From the human T2T-CHM13v2.0 reference genome, Homo sapiens, in assembly GCF_009914755.1 (NCBI RefSeq), contig NC_060937.1: a DNA stretch of 64,000 bases; one strand, 5' to 3'. The translations under genes and the position numbers were made by a program. This document shows, in pieces, positions 41,367 to 55,761 of this stretch (position 1 is the first letter of the stretch; the number at the start of each line of letters is the position of its first letter). Below the pieces are notes generated by a model. The model was not told the origin of the DNA and ran no database searches. It saw nothing but the letters and a program-made list of their open reading frames with translations.

Positions 41367-42776
41367 GCCAGTATAAATTCTTTAAAGCACGCTGACAGTT
41401 TATCTACTGCTATGGCTGCAGATAATAAACCATCTCCCTGACTCAACAGTCTCACGTCTTTTCCCACTATCCATGAAACTAACTTGGAATAGCTAACTTG
41501 TTAGCTTGCAAGTGGGGTAAAATCTCAACCCCTTCAAAGTTCTTGACAATTACATATGAATTCTTGAATAAAAGCAAAAGTTCTTCCTTCACACAATTCC
41601 AAAGTCTAATTTGTCAACAAAAGGAATTCTAAAATCAGGAGGTTTCTTTTTTAAAACAGAGGTTCAAGAAATTAAAGATTTCTCAACATGTTGTTCATTT
41701 TTAAACCTAACAGCTCTGGAGCAAGTATTTTCCTGCACTTTTTCAAAAGTTATTGTGCTTGTCCCAAAAAGATACTCCCTTTATTCCAGGAACCGACACA
41801 ATAAAACATCTCTCAGATGCTTGGAGGATCAAACTCAGTCTCAGTTGCTGAGATCACTAGTACGGCCCAAGGGCATGGGCCTTCTGTGCTTCTTCAATTT
41901 CAAAGGTTGGCTGGCTCACTGCCCCAGCCCGCCCCATGGAAACCCTGAGCAAGGCACATCTCCTGCGTGGTTTCTGAAAGGCAGAAGATAAATGTCTATC
42001 CACAGCGAAAACAGTAGAAGAGCCCTTCAGCACATCTCTGGCCAGAAAGCTGAGGGTTGGTGGCAGGGCGCCCACACATTCAACTTGCCAGTAACAGTCC
42101 AGGGTCTTGTTGTTCTGCATTTGCACAGAAATTTAGACAGTCATGGAAGTCAAAGAATGCAGATGACACTGTAGTTCCAACCCCACAGCCCATGTGTCAC
42201 CTCCTTTGTTTCAGTCACTTCATGGATGTCATCTTTTGAAAATGATCTAAGTCACATGAAGGCTTCCCAGCCACTCCTAGCTTCACATAATTGTATCCTT
42301 TTCTAAAATCCTGACCTTCCCTTAACCCATTTCTCTGCAGTGCCAGCATCTCACCAGTCTCCGAAAAGCAATCCCCTTTCTATTCTGAATCAGTGATCCT
42401 CTTCTTCATCAGAACTGATTCTTACCTTCAACCATTAAATCAGATGATTTCTTGAGATTCCTTCCAGATACAGTATCAGTCAATGTCCCCCACTCACTTA
42501 TTCACTCTCCTTAGAATACATATATATTCAGAAAAAAAAAAATGACATTGATCCTATCTATCTTCCCTCCTCTTCAAATACAGGTTCCTAAAGTGTCCAG
42601 TTTACAAGTCAATTCACTGCTGGATAATTTAATATGTGGCTTACTCTCTATATGCCATAGAGGCAGTGTGCTTAATAAGGTCCCTAAAGACCTCATTTTC
42701 AATGCATTGAGCATCTCCCCTCTCTCCTCCTCATTCTCTCTTATCCTAAGGGTGTGTGTGTGTGTGTGCATTGCAT

Positions 42777-43157
42777 ACGGTATTGTCTCAATTGTGTCCC
42801 CCCAACAATTCATGTTGCATCCCTAATCCCCAAGGTGACTGTATTTGGAGATAGGGCCTTTAAGGTGGTAACTAAGTTTAAATGAGATCATAAGGGTGGG
42901 GCCCGAATCCCACAGGACTGGTGTCCTTAGGAGAAGGGACACCAGAGAGCTGTCTTTCTCTGCACATGTGAGCACACACACAGAGGAAAGGCCATGTGAG
43001 GACAAGGCGAGAAGGCACCGTCAGGCAAGCCAGGAAGAGAGGCCTCACCAGAAACAAAATTTACTGGCACCTTGATATTGGACTTCTAGTCTACAGAACA
43101 GTGAGAAAATAAATTTCTGTTGTTTTAAGCCACCTGGTCAGTGATATTTTTTATGAC
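42777..43157 (+). mobile_element. MLT1A-like MaLR LTR
   Basis: 'gtatttggagatagggcctttaagg...ggcaccttgatattggacttctag...gactaatgca'. Confidence 0.85.
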
Positions 43158-43999
43158 AGCGAGAGCTGACTAATGCAGCGTGCATGCCCTTTATTGGTTC
43201 TTAACCTTTTTATGCCTAGTAAACTATTAAAAGGTAGTAAGCCTAGCAGACTGCATACAATATGCATTCTATTCTGTGTAGTATAGTCTACATAGTATGC
43301 AAAGCACACATAACATATTAGATAATTATAGAATGACAGGGCTAGAAGGAAAGGTCACTGTTAACAGCAGAGTGCAGGCTATTTGCAGAAAAAAGGAACA
43401 GAGAGCAAATGCATGAGTTGTCTTATTTATATTTCAAATAAGCTCTTCTTTCAGCTAACATGCTTATACCTTGTTTACTCACCATTAGTAGCCATTGATA
43501 AATATAACCATTTTAAATTTACATGCACAATTACATTTCGCAAAAAGGTCAACCTTAGTATTTTCATACAGTACCACCTGGTGTGGAGGAGGAAAGTGTG
43601 ACTTAAGCTAATGTTTAATGCAAAAAGAGGGATGATTCATTAATGGCTCTTATTTCATGTTTCGGACATTGATTGGAGATTTTTGCTTAAGAACCAACCA
43701 TTTTGAGGCAATTGGGAAAGTTTGAACATGGGTTCAGTCTTAAATAATATTAAAGAATTATTAATTTTGTTAGGTATGATAATGATATTGAGGTTATGAA
43801 AGAAAATGGAGAAACAGAACTACTTAGTGGAAAAGAAGAAAGAGGAAGAGAGGAAGAAAAAGAAAAAGGAAGAGGAGAAAAAAGGTGTAACTATAGCAAA
43901 ATGTTGAGAACTTAAATGGGGGAAGAGCCCATGAGGTTTATTATATGATGTGTGTCTACTTTTGTGTAAGTTTGAAAATCTTCAATATCAACTGCTTTT

Positions 44000-44140
44000 A
44001 GCCAGGTACAGTGGTGCAAACCTGTAGTCCCAGCTACTCGGGAGGCTGAGGTGGGTGGATCACTTGAGCCCGGGGGTTTGAGACCAGCCTGACAACATAA
44101 TGAGATCCTAACTCTGTCAGAAAAAATAAACAAACAAAAA
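44000..44140 (+). mobile_element. Alu monomer (FLAM-like), adjacent to an L1 3' fragment at ~43650-43995
   Basis: Single arm with an A-rich tail. Confidence 0.75.
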
Positions 44141-44404
44141 CGGCAAATATTCACTGAATGTCTGAAGCAGGAGTCCATCAGCTGCCTGCCATCAAGGGTA
44201 GATGGAAGGTTTGTGAGGCCTCAAGCTTTTACCATTTGGGGAGCCCTCCTTCAGAAAAATGATGAATGCACAATTCCCTTGGGAGGGGCCTGCTCTGGTG
44301 ACAGGCTCACACACTTGCATTTCATCAGTTCCATAGTAAATCCACCTCTGTCAGCCATGGGTATGGCTTGGTTAGCCCAGTGATTCTTCCTTTTTCAGCT
44401 TTTT

Positions 44405-45250
44405 CTTTTCTTTTTATTATGAACATTTCAAACATAACCAAAAGTTAGAGCGTTTAAGACAATGATCTTTTATGCGTCTGTCATCCAGCTTCCACAACCA
44501 TGAGTCCTTGGCTAGCTAGTCTTAATTCATCTGTAATGAATTAACCAGCCATTCCCCTCCATCCATACTGTGTTATTTTAAAGCAAATCCCTAATATCAT
44601 TTTATCTCTAAAATATTTCAGTATGCATCCTTAAAAGATAAGGACTCTTTCAAAAAACATATCACAATATCATTATGACACCTAAAAAAAAACATAATTT
44701 CTCAGTCAGGCCAGTGTTTAAAATATATATTAGATTGTCCAGGAGTGAATTGACTTGTAAACTGGACACTTTAGGAACTTATATTTGAAGAGGAGTGGAG
44801 ATAGATAAGGTCAATGTCCGTTTTTAAATTTCTTTAATTGCCTCAAATATTTTTCTACAGTTTGTTCAGATCAGGAACCAAATAAAATATATATCACAAC
44901 TGGTTGATATCTCTGTTAAACATCTTTTAATCTATGGGCTTGTCTTCCACATTTGTTAGATTCCTGGCAATGTATTTGTTGAGGAAACTGGGTCATTTTG
45001 TCCTGTAGGGTTTCCCACAGTCTGGTTCTTGCTAATTGCATTTCTGTGGTATCATTTAACATGTTCCTCTCCTTTATGTCCTGTAAATTGGTGGTTATAT
45101 CTAGAAGCTTGATTGGATTCAGGGTTGATTTTTTGACAAATTCATCAAAGGTGTGTACTTCTATGAAGGCACAAGATAAATGGTTGCTTTTTTTTTTTTT
45201 TTCAGGTGAGTAGCCACTGCTGATCATTACTTTGACCCATTATTTCCCAA
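44405..45250 (-). mobile_element. L1ME-type fragment
   Basis: 'ttttaaagcaaatccc...atttcagtatgcatccttaaaagataaggactc'. Confidence 0.6.
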
Positions 45251-45939
45251 TTTTTTTTTTTTTTAGATGTGAGTTCTGTCAGGCAGGGGCAGGGATTGCG
45301 TACATTGTAGGGTGCTCACCTGCTCACCTGGCTGGCTCCCAAGGCACTGGACTGTCAGAGGATCAGGGGTAGGGACAGCATGGACAAAGGGGACAAGAAG
45401 CCAGACTTGTCCTAAATGAGTTCATAGCATGGTCGGAGACACAGGACGTAAACACGGGGAAATAACAAAGATATGTCATAAAGCCGTGCAAATAACTTAG
45501 GTAGCGATCCTTCTGGGAGCGCAGAGGACAAGAGAGCAATCCACTTGGGTAGTCGGGGAAGGACTTTAGCCCAGACACTGACTTTCTCCAACGAAACACA
45601 ATATCGTGTCTGGATGCCCAGTTACCAGTTGGCGTCCACCCTGGGCTTCCTGTTGCAAAACATCCAATCGATTTCTCCTCCACTGTGCATGTTGGACCAA
45701 AGGCTGCACAGCCAAGATTCTGACTCCCTCCTGGTTACATGCCCCCTTGTGGTAAAACCACAAATTACAACAGATTTTCCAACCATGAAGATGGGGACAG
45801 CCATCAAACATTATCAGCAGGGTGGAGGTGTGGAAAGAAGAGCATCTGTAGCGGGTCCATTCTGTGTCCGGCACAGAGCTGGGCACATCTGTGTGTGTTA
45901 GCGCATTCTTACCTCCCAGAGCCCGGTAATCGACCAACA

Positions 45940-46410
45940 TTTGTGGCCGATGCTACTAGGCACGGACCCAGTATCTGCATTCACCTTCTTCCTTTCTGAC
46001 AAATCCCAATTTTGTTCACGGTGGCAAAGTGCCCCCTAATGCTTGTCTGATCAGACTGGTAGCTAAGATGCTGGCCAGGGGGTTCTAGCTGGAAGTTGGC
46101 TGGAGATTTCTGGGAATGGCTTTGCTTTCCTAGTATAGGAGCTTCCCCTTTTTCCCTTCCTGCCTGGAATGCAGAGTTAGGTGGGAGGTAGAGCAGCCAT
46201 CGTGTGGCCACGAAGAGGCCAGTGTGAAGACAAAAGCTTCACTTCGAGAAAGCAGCAGGAAGAAAGAAGCAACCTGAGTCACAGATGTTCCCAGCACCCC
46301 CCAAAATGCCTACCTCTGGACTTCCTGAGAAGTGTGAGAAAAAGACCTTACTTGGGTCCACCACCGTAGTCAGCTTTCTATTATACACAGCATAAACAGA
46401 ATCTGTCTGA
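45940..46410 (+). mobile_element. Old MLT1-like LTR
   Basis: 'cctggaatgcagag...gcagccatcgtgtggccacgaag', 'cctacctctggacttc'. Confidence 0.55.
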
Positions 46411-46484
46411 TCGTTATCATCATGGTAGTTCGACTGATGTACTAAGATATGGATGTTCAGGTCGCTTAAGAAACTCCCTCAACT

Positions 46485-46933
<449 letters not shown>

Positions 46934-48229
46934 TCAGCTTCTTCACCACCACCCCTCCCCTGCCACCTGATGACAACATATATGCACCTTCTTCTGTTTC
47001 ATGATACCTCTCACCTGGCAAGCCAGAAGGCTCTTTCTCGGGGGACTGGAGTCATCACACTCTTCTGCCCACCAGAGCCCAGGCTGCTGGCAATGAAGAC
47101 ATCATTCCTTCCTTCCCAGGCCAGTCCTCTTGAACACAGAGCAGTGGCAGCTGCTGGAAATCCCTTCTCCCCTCCAGTGCCTCCACTGCCTGCCCTTTCT
47201 ACCACCTTGCCCATGTTTGGTCATATCCAGAACACCCCTGTTAAAATAGAGCCATCTTGCTCAGCAGTTCCCCGCAGGTGTTCCACAAAACCCTAGTCCC
47301 AAGGGAAGTGACTTTGTATGGCTGGATTTAACTAAGACTAAGATGCACAAGCTTTCACATTTTAATGTCTCTGAAATTAGGATGTTTGTTACAATTGACG
47401 TATATTATCAGCAGCCATTTTCCCATGCTTTAACCGATCAGAAATCATATCTCACAGACATTGGCCTCTTAGCTCTATTAGAATGGTGCTTGAAAATAAA
47501 GGAGTTCCATGGTGAAATACGTTTGGAAAATAATGGAACAAACTAAATCAATAAACCTTTGCAATGCAGATCTTCTCAAAGCCTTTAACATGCTAAAGTG
47601 CCACTCCAAGAGATTTGCTAGGATTATTTGGCCATGGAATTCTCCTTTTTGTAGAGTGCCTCATAGTACTAGTGTTATATGGAATGCAAATTAAGAAACT
47701 TAGCTATTATATTCTGGGATAATTGACCAGATTTGCCAACCAACTAGCTGTCTTCTGGAAGAAAGCTCCAAGAAAGCTGCAGAAGACCTAACATGAGAAG
47801 CTGACAAGTCTGAAGCGTAGCCCTTTAGTGGAAAGGTCAGAGGCCTCACGGAGGCACTACCACCTGCTGAGTCACTGGAAAACACAGCAGATACCTTCGG
47901 GGGAATAATGAAAAGTGAAACGTGCAATGTTGTTAAGTTTCTCCCACTTGACTCTTTATTGGCAGCCAAGCCTACATGCCTTCATCCAGCCCAAAGAAAC
48001 AAGAGTATGACTAGGGCCGTGCCTTCTTAATGCTTAGATACTATGTCTGACCTCCAGAACCTACAACGACATCATTGGTCTCCCAGATACAAACACATCT
48101 TATATGACCCTGGTAATGCTGAAAGGGGAGAGCATTCATAGAGAATTTGTAGTGCTGCTTAAACTCTCCAGGTGATTCCAATATTCAGACAAAATTGAGG
48201 CCCATAGTTAAGGCTCTGACTTGATGAAG

Positions 48230-48890
48230 CAGCGTTTAAATTGTGACAGCTGGGGAAAGATATGTTTCATTGTTTTGGTCATCCCAGCCCTAGGTGACAA
48301 AGGCCAAAATGGTAGTGATAGTGAAAATGGAGATAGAGATGGAGATAAGAAATGTTTTAGGGATACAATCTCTGAGGAGAGATTCAGAATAACTCAGGTT
48401 TTGAGAAGTTTGGCAGAATGACATACCATGAAGAAACGGGACAGTGAGGAGCAGAGGCCAGGATTTTGAAGGGAAGATGGTTATTTGAGTTTCTACATTG
48501 TGCTCTAGCCTTTAGAAGGATGTCCTAGTAGAAATGTCCAGAAGGCAGTTGGAGATGTCGGCTGGATTTTAGAGGGCAGAGCTAAACATTTGGAAGTGAT
48601 CTGTATCCTGGTTATGTTTGAAGCTTTGGGAGTTTAAAGATTGTCTTCCCTGCAATGCGATACTGTTTGGAATACCACACATTTATAACTGCTGGACTCA
48701 GCGTGAAGGATGTGAAGTTCCAGTTCTGCTTCTGCCACTTACCAGTGTGTGACCTCAAACATGACACTCTGCCTTCTCAGCCTCAGTTTCCTTAACTAGA
48801 AAGCAGATGTAATCATACCAACCTCGCTGGGCATTTGTGAATATTAGTTGAGAAAATCCTTGTCAAGTGCTTGGCATAATGCCTGGTGCT
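48230..48890. mobile_element. L2 fragment followed by MIR (~48690-48890)
   Basis: 'gaaatgtccagaaggcagttggagatg'; 'ccacttaccagtgtgtgacctc...cctcagtttcc'. Confidence 0.6.
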
Positions 48891-50591
48891 GAACATGGCC
48901 TCCAGCCTTGTCAAGTCTCTCTAACGTCCCTCGCCCCACCCCACGCAACTCCCAAGCAGGCCGTGATTGATAGAAGTCCACTTCTCTTCTGTGCCAAGAG
49001 TGACTCTAGCAAAAACAAGCAATCAATTTGCACTCATCTCAATGGTATGTGTAGATCAGATCTTGGCAGACCAATTTAATTTTCTTTGATGGTAGATAGG
49101 CCATGTAGATAAAGAATGAGCAAGAGATGTAATCTCTTTGTGCTGGAATCTGACCTTAGATTCCATCACAAATGACTTTTCATCAATTAGATAGAAGGAA
49201 ATAAGAGAGACTCTCTTCTGTCTTAAGTGCAGGCACAAAGAGCTGAATAATATCACCCAAAAGGCAGCCTATCGATGACTCAGCCTCCACCTAGGGACAT
49301 CCTCTGTGACCTTACTCATGTCAGAGAGGACCCCATACTGAACATCTCTCTCTTTACACCAACAATGTCTTAACCAAGAATGTCCTAATTAAGGTCAGAT
49401 GACACCAAGTTGTCAAGCATCCGTCTAAGGTAGGAATAGAGCCAAAATAGCATTAACTGACAGTTCATAAAGAGTGAGGTGCAATAGGAACAAGTTTAAC
49501 ATTAAAAAAAACTATGTAGACAAAAAGAAGAATATATGTTGGCTCGTTCACTAAACTAGTAACCAGTGTCACCCAGAGTTGTAGCCAGATAAGGAATGCT
49601 CAAGAATAGCCGGGTACCTGGACACCCCTGATAAATTTAACTCATATCAGAGAAGGCAACAGGAAGGCAGAGGAAAAGGGAAGGAGAGACAGAATGAGAA
49701 AGAGATCAGGGAAGAGAAGATAGGGAATTGCAATGTTGCTGTTGTTTTTGTTTATGTTGAGAGTGGAAGATGCTAGTCCATTGGAATTCACGTTCACTTA
49801 TATGGGCAACAAATAATTTATTGAGCATGCAGTGTGTGCCAAGCACTGTAACCAGTGCTAGGGATATAGCAGTGAGTGGAACATTCAGGATCCTGCCCTC
49901 ATGCGGTCTTCTTCCTCTACCCAACTTCCAAGTGTTGAGGAGCCCATTACGAGTCCTTAGATGGCTTCTCGTTTCCATCTGCACCCACCGTTCGTATGAT
50001 CTCATCCACTACCACAGCTTTCCATACCATTCATCTGTGACTCCTTGCAGATTCAGACTTCCATCCCATCTTCAAGTGGCCAGTTATCTAGTTGTCCTCT
50101 CAACAAACCACAACCTTCGTCCATTCAAAGCAGAATCTTGATTCTTCCCTCCCCCTGCCCAAACCTCTTCTTTCTCCCATCTCTCCCACCTCCACACATG
50201 GCACCAAACACAGCCAAAACAGGGGAGTTGTCCTGGACTCCCACATCCCACGTTCTGTTGATTCTAATTTTCCAGAATTCGAATTGCATCCCACAGCCAA
50301 AAAACAGCAGTTTCTTCTTAATTATTTTGCATTCTAAAGATTGCTGCAAACAGGACTAGAGAAGACACCCCCGTCGTCCTTCGCTGTACCCCCTTCCTGC
50401 CCTCCAACTGTGACCTTGGCTGAACCAGCCCTACCACTATCAAGCCAACAAGAAGACTGCAGAAAGAGAGGGGTTTTGGGGGGTTTATTGCCTTGGGAGC
50501 AAGGACTAAGCACTCACGAGGAACGTTACTGCCTCCCTCACTCTGGGGAAAGTAAAGAGATGAATCCCAAAGTGATGAGAGGCTCGAAAGC

Positions 50592-50941
50592 CAGGGTCAG
50601 CAAACTTTTTCTGTGAAGGGCCAGATGGCAAATACTTTAGGATTTGCTGTCATACAGTGCCCGTCACAACTACTCAGTACTGCCATTGTAGCGTGAAGGC
50701 AGCCGCAGACAGTAGCGAATGAGACAGAAATAAATGAGCAAGGCTGTCTTCCAGTAAGACTTTATTTATGGACACTTACATTTGAATTTCATGTGATTTT
50801 TCACATATCACGAAATAGTATTCTTCTCTTGATTTTTTTTTCAACTACTTAAAATAGGTAAAAACTATTCTTAGCTCACGGGTTAAACAAAAACAGGCAG
50901 CAGGCCAGTCCTGGCCACTGGCCATACTTTGCCAACTCTTA
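50592..50941 (+). mobile_element. MER58B (hAT-Charlie)
   Basis: 'cagggtcagcaaactttttctgtgaagggccagatggcaaata...tttgccaactct'. Confidence 0.85.
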
Positions 50942-53900
50942 ATCCAGGAGAGCCACTCACAGACAATGCAGGGCCAGAAAGGGACAGTGACATCTCACTT
51001 CCCAGTAGACCCCTGATAAGCTGCAGAACTGCAGGCCCCTTCTGGAATGGAGCTAAGGGCGATGAGAACATTGTGTGTTCTCTGGAGGCTGGGGACACAG
51101 GGAGCCTATGGCCGGGGCCTGCCACTTAGCTGGAAGCTTCTGAAGGCAGGATGACTCAGTGGAGCAGGCCCTGATGCAAGAGGAACAGGACTCATTTGCA
51201 CTCAACTATCTCTCAAAAATATTATAAAGCTGTGTCTCCTAAACTTCAGCTCTCTCTGCAGTAAATTTAAACTGTTGCGACATTGTTGCGGGTGATTTAC
51301 TGGGGTGGTAAGCTTTTGCATGTTTTTTGGGAGGTTCCTTTTAAATTTCTACTACCATTGCTATCATTTTTAAGGAGTTATTCAGATGACAGAATGTTAA
51401 GCGCTGATAGTGGCTAACAAGGGAGGCTGCAGAAAGTCTATGCTGGGATCTTTAAAACCGTGATCAACTGCCATCTGTTTTGGGAGTTTTAAAGTGAGCC
51501 CAGCATGCATCAGGAGGCTAGGTGGGTCACCACTTAAGTCTCCTCCATCTTCCTAATTCCAAGATACGAGAGGAAACAGATGTGCGTTGGGGAGAGTAAT
51601 GAGAAAGAGCAACTCTGCTTTCCTTTTCTCCAACAACAGAAACAGTGAATATTAACTCCCCAAATCCCTGTGTAACACTCACTGAGTACCCAGCCAAAGA
51701 AGTTTCCTTTGAAATTGAATCTGTCTGTCTAAGAGGGTCTACAAAGCCTGCATTTTAACTCTGAAATAATTCCAGTTACTTGAGCTGCTGTTGCTGCTAA
51801 AAGATGTTTGAAGAGGAGGAGGAAAAGCCATCTCGATATGACAAGGATTTGTCACTTGCTGCAAAGAAGGCACGGGATTTTTTTTTTTTCCCTGTAAAAG
51901 GGGTAGTCAGAGTTGGGAGCTTGTCCCTGTCTTCTTGGCCGAGATTCCTAGAGGAAACACAAATAGACTTTTTCAGGTCACAGGTTTCTCTGCATCAGGT
52001 GGTCCGGAGTCTCGCTCAGTTTCTATAAATCAGGCCGTTTCTCTCCAACTTATGAGTCTCCTAGCACTGGACATTCTGGAAATCCAAATGAAATTGACAA
52101 ATTCGGTTGATGTCATAGCAAATTCAATGCACCTTGCTCTCTTCAGGCTGATTTCAAATCACTGGATTGAGAAGAGCTAAAATCTAGCTTTTGTTTTTAA
52201 AAATTAGACTGTATAAACTGATTTTAAAAAAATAACACAGGAATAGATATTATGTAAGATTTTCTATTCCCCGCACCCCCCGCCCCCCACCCCGCCACCA
52301 GATTTTTGTGGCCATCACCTTTTCGTGACCAATTTTATTCCCACAGTGCAAGCAGAGGGTTTGCAGTTTTGTGATGCCTTTTCGTTTTTTAGTGCCACAT
52401 CATTATCAATCAAGATGTCCAGATAAATTACTTAACAGAGAGGCAGTAGAGGCGCTGCTCACATAACCACCCAGCTGAGAAAGCCTTCCTTCACTCACTC
52501 TCTTCTGTCCTGGACAGACTCATGTGGTTTACAGTTGCTCTCATTTCCATTTATCAGAAACAGATTTGCAAATGTTTTCTTTTAAGCTGGTGTCCCTTCT
52601 CTCCATTGTAATCTCAATAAGTATGAAAAGAGAAATATAGAAAATGAGCAGCATTGCTTTTTATCTCATCACCACTCACTGAGCACCTACTGCATACTCG
52701 CCTCCAAGCAGGCGTCCCCTCCCTAACAACAGCACAAGCAGGCATTATTCATCCATTTTCACAGCTACGTAAACTAAGCTGTAGAAGTTCAATAACTTGC
52801 CCGGGCTCATACTTCTGGTATGAAGTGGAGCCTGGCTTCCAGCCCAGCTCTGTCTGCCTCCAGCGCCTTTCTCTGCACTGTTCAGCAATGCCTGGCTACA
52901 GAACACGGCCAGTGTGGCCAAGCATTTTCCATGACTGTCCCTGGAGCACATTAATTCACCTCCTGAAGTGAACCTCTTTGGGAAGATGAGCCTTTTCCAA
53001 AATCAATACTTTTCATTGTAGTTAAGCAATTATGACCTAAAAGAAAATTTTCACCATGATACTGAAAGCCACCAGCTTCACATAAACACCAAACGTGCTG
53101 TAACTGAGGAGGTAAGGGGCGAGTCCTTGTCACACATTTCTTGGAGGTCAGGTCAATCCACCTGTGAGCCCAAAATTATGCTGGCAGAAGGAAGAAGCGA
53201 GATGATTTTTAATTGTTATGAAGTGTGCTGGTAACTTAAGTTGTTCTGTATTTCCATCCTTGTTTTGAAACCAAGCTGAAGCTCTCTCTGTCTCTCTGTC
53301 TCTCTGCTTTCCCTACAAATTGGACAAGAGTTTCTTCTTGGCTTCCATATGACATCAGGTCTTTCCTAAATAAAAGCAATCAATGCAGGAAAAAAAAAAA
53401 TTCAAAGATAGGATGCCACTCTCTTTCACAACGATTAGTAGTTTTATATTTCCTTCCAGTCTTGTTGATGTGGATTTAACTAGTACATATTTTTAAATGC
53501 TAAAAATTGTATGTATTTCTTTTTATACCTCACATTATATCATAAACATATATGTTTCTATATAACCTTTATATGACTAATTACATCATAAACATATTTG
53601 CATGTTTCTATATAACCTTTACGAATTTAACAACTGTATAATATTCCTTCAAGTTGATATACCCCAGTTTCTTAAACTATTTCTCTTCTGTTAAGTGTTT
53701 GTAGTGTTTCCCTAATATAAGTAATGTTTTGTTTTCACCTAGGTCTTAGAAAAAAAAATAAGTACTGTTAATAAACTTTTTTGGTGTATATACCCTTTTC
53801 CCTTTCACTGGAATTTTTATTTAAGCTAAACTGTCAGAAGTATAATTACAGGGCCAAGAGATTTGAATATTTTATGTTTGATCTTTCTTACATCCTGAAC

Positions 53901-54049
53901 ACATACATATTATTTTCAACATTCTTCCTGTCATCTTCTAAGCATAATCTGGGAGAAACAGTCAATTCATTTCTTCATTTCTCTCACCCTTGACTGGGCA
54001 TTGGATTATAGTAGAGCTTGCTCACCCTCAAAGCTGCTGCCAATTTCTT

Positions 54050-54413
54050 CCTTCCTTTCCTCCTCTCCTCTCCTCTCGTCTCCTCTCCTTTCTTCCTACC
54101 TTTTCTCTTCTCTTCTTACCTTTTCTTTCTGACAGGGTCTTGCTCTGTTGCTCAGGCTGGAATACAGTTGTACAATCATAGCTCACTCCAGCCTCAACCT
54201 CCCAGGCTCAAGGGATCCTCCCAATTCAACCTCCTGAGTAGTTAGGACTACAGGTGCACAGCAACACACCCAGCTAATTTTTGTATTTTTTGTAGAGACA
54301 AGGACCCACTATGTTGACCGGGCTAGACTCAAACTTCTGGGCTCAAGTGATCCTCCAGCCTCAGCCTCCCAAAGTGCTGGGATTACAGATGTGAGCCATG
54401 GCGCCTGGCCAGC
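54050..54413 (-). mobile_element. AluJ-like with a CT-rich tail
   Basis: 'caatcatagctcactccagcctcaacctcccaggctcaag'. Confidence 0.85.
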
Positions 54414-54633
54414 TGCTGCCAAATTTTGAATATAAGCTAGACTTCTTGAAAAGTCCCTATGTTTCCCATATAAATAGAAGGCCAGAAAGATTTTTTTAAA
54501 ATTATTACTCAGTGCTGGCAAGGGTACAAGGAAATAGACACTAATAAATTTCAATGAGTATAGACTGGTACAAACTTTCTGGAAAGCAATTTGGTAATAT
54601 ATGGGAATGCATTTAAAATGTATATATGCTTTA

Positions 54634-54948
54634 GGCCGGGCACGGTGGCTCACGCCTGTAATCCCAGCACTTTGGGAGATCGAGGCAGGTGGATCACCTG
54701 AGGTCAAGAGTTAGAGGTCAGCCTGGCCAACATGGCGAAACCCCATCTCTACTAAAATTATAAAATTAGCCAGGCATGATGGTGGGCGCCGGTAATCCCA
54801 GCTACTCAGGAGGCTGAGGCAGGAGAATCGCTTGAATCTGGGAGGCAGAGGTTGCTGAGCGGAGCTGAGAGCACATGACTGCACTATAACCTGGGCAACA
54901 GAGAGAGACTCCGTCTCAAAAAATAAAATAAAATAAAATAAATAAAAT
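54634..54948 (+). mobile_element. AluS inside an L1ME 3' fragment (~54500-55400)
   Basis: Full dimer; TSD aatgtata(t/c)atgcttta. Confidence 0.9.
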
Positions 54949-55761
54949 AGAATGTATACATGCTTTAGTCCAACCATTCTATTTTAATAATTTATCATAA
55001 GAAGGAAAGTCAAGGTAGGTACAAATATTTGCTACAAGCATATTCTTTTTAGCAATCCTTATAATAGCAAAAATAAAAACAAATTTAATCCAACAAAAGG
55101 TGACTGGCTTAAGAAATTATGACACATCTGTATAATGGGTATCATGCAACCATTTAAAATTATAATTGCAGATGACAAGATATATTAGTCACATAAACAC
55201 AGCCTCATAATATATGTAATGAAAAAAGTCATACAATAGCACTTATTATATTGTCTATTTGTGTAAAATATATATACCTAGATAGGAGTATGATATGCTC
55301 CAGTTGTTAACAGTATTTGTATCTGGATGGTGGAATCATTGGTGGTGAATAGTTTTGCCTTTTTATCTTTTACACCACAGGTATTTTGTGTTTATAATAA
55401 GAAAGAAAGCTTATTTTTTTCTCATTTATACCAGTTTCAGAAGCTTACAAGTGCACAAAAATGTTTCCTGCCGCCCCCACCAAGATGGAACAGGGACAAG
55501 AAGAACTGATCTGCATCATCCTCTAGATTCTGTGTGCGCTTCCTGATCCATGCCTCCAAATGACAAGGGTTACAGGCATGCAGCAATGAATGTAGGCAAA
55601 ATCCTTTCTGTATCTAATTCAAAACACCAGTACCCCCAGTCTAGCAAAGGAAGTGAGAATGCCCCAACCACTCTAATCAGGGACATGGACAGTTCTCCCA
55701 GCAGAAGTAATGAGGGCCTCCTCTTGAGTCAAGAAGATACTATCTTCCCTCTGAATCCACA

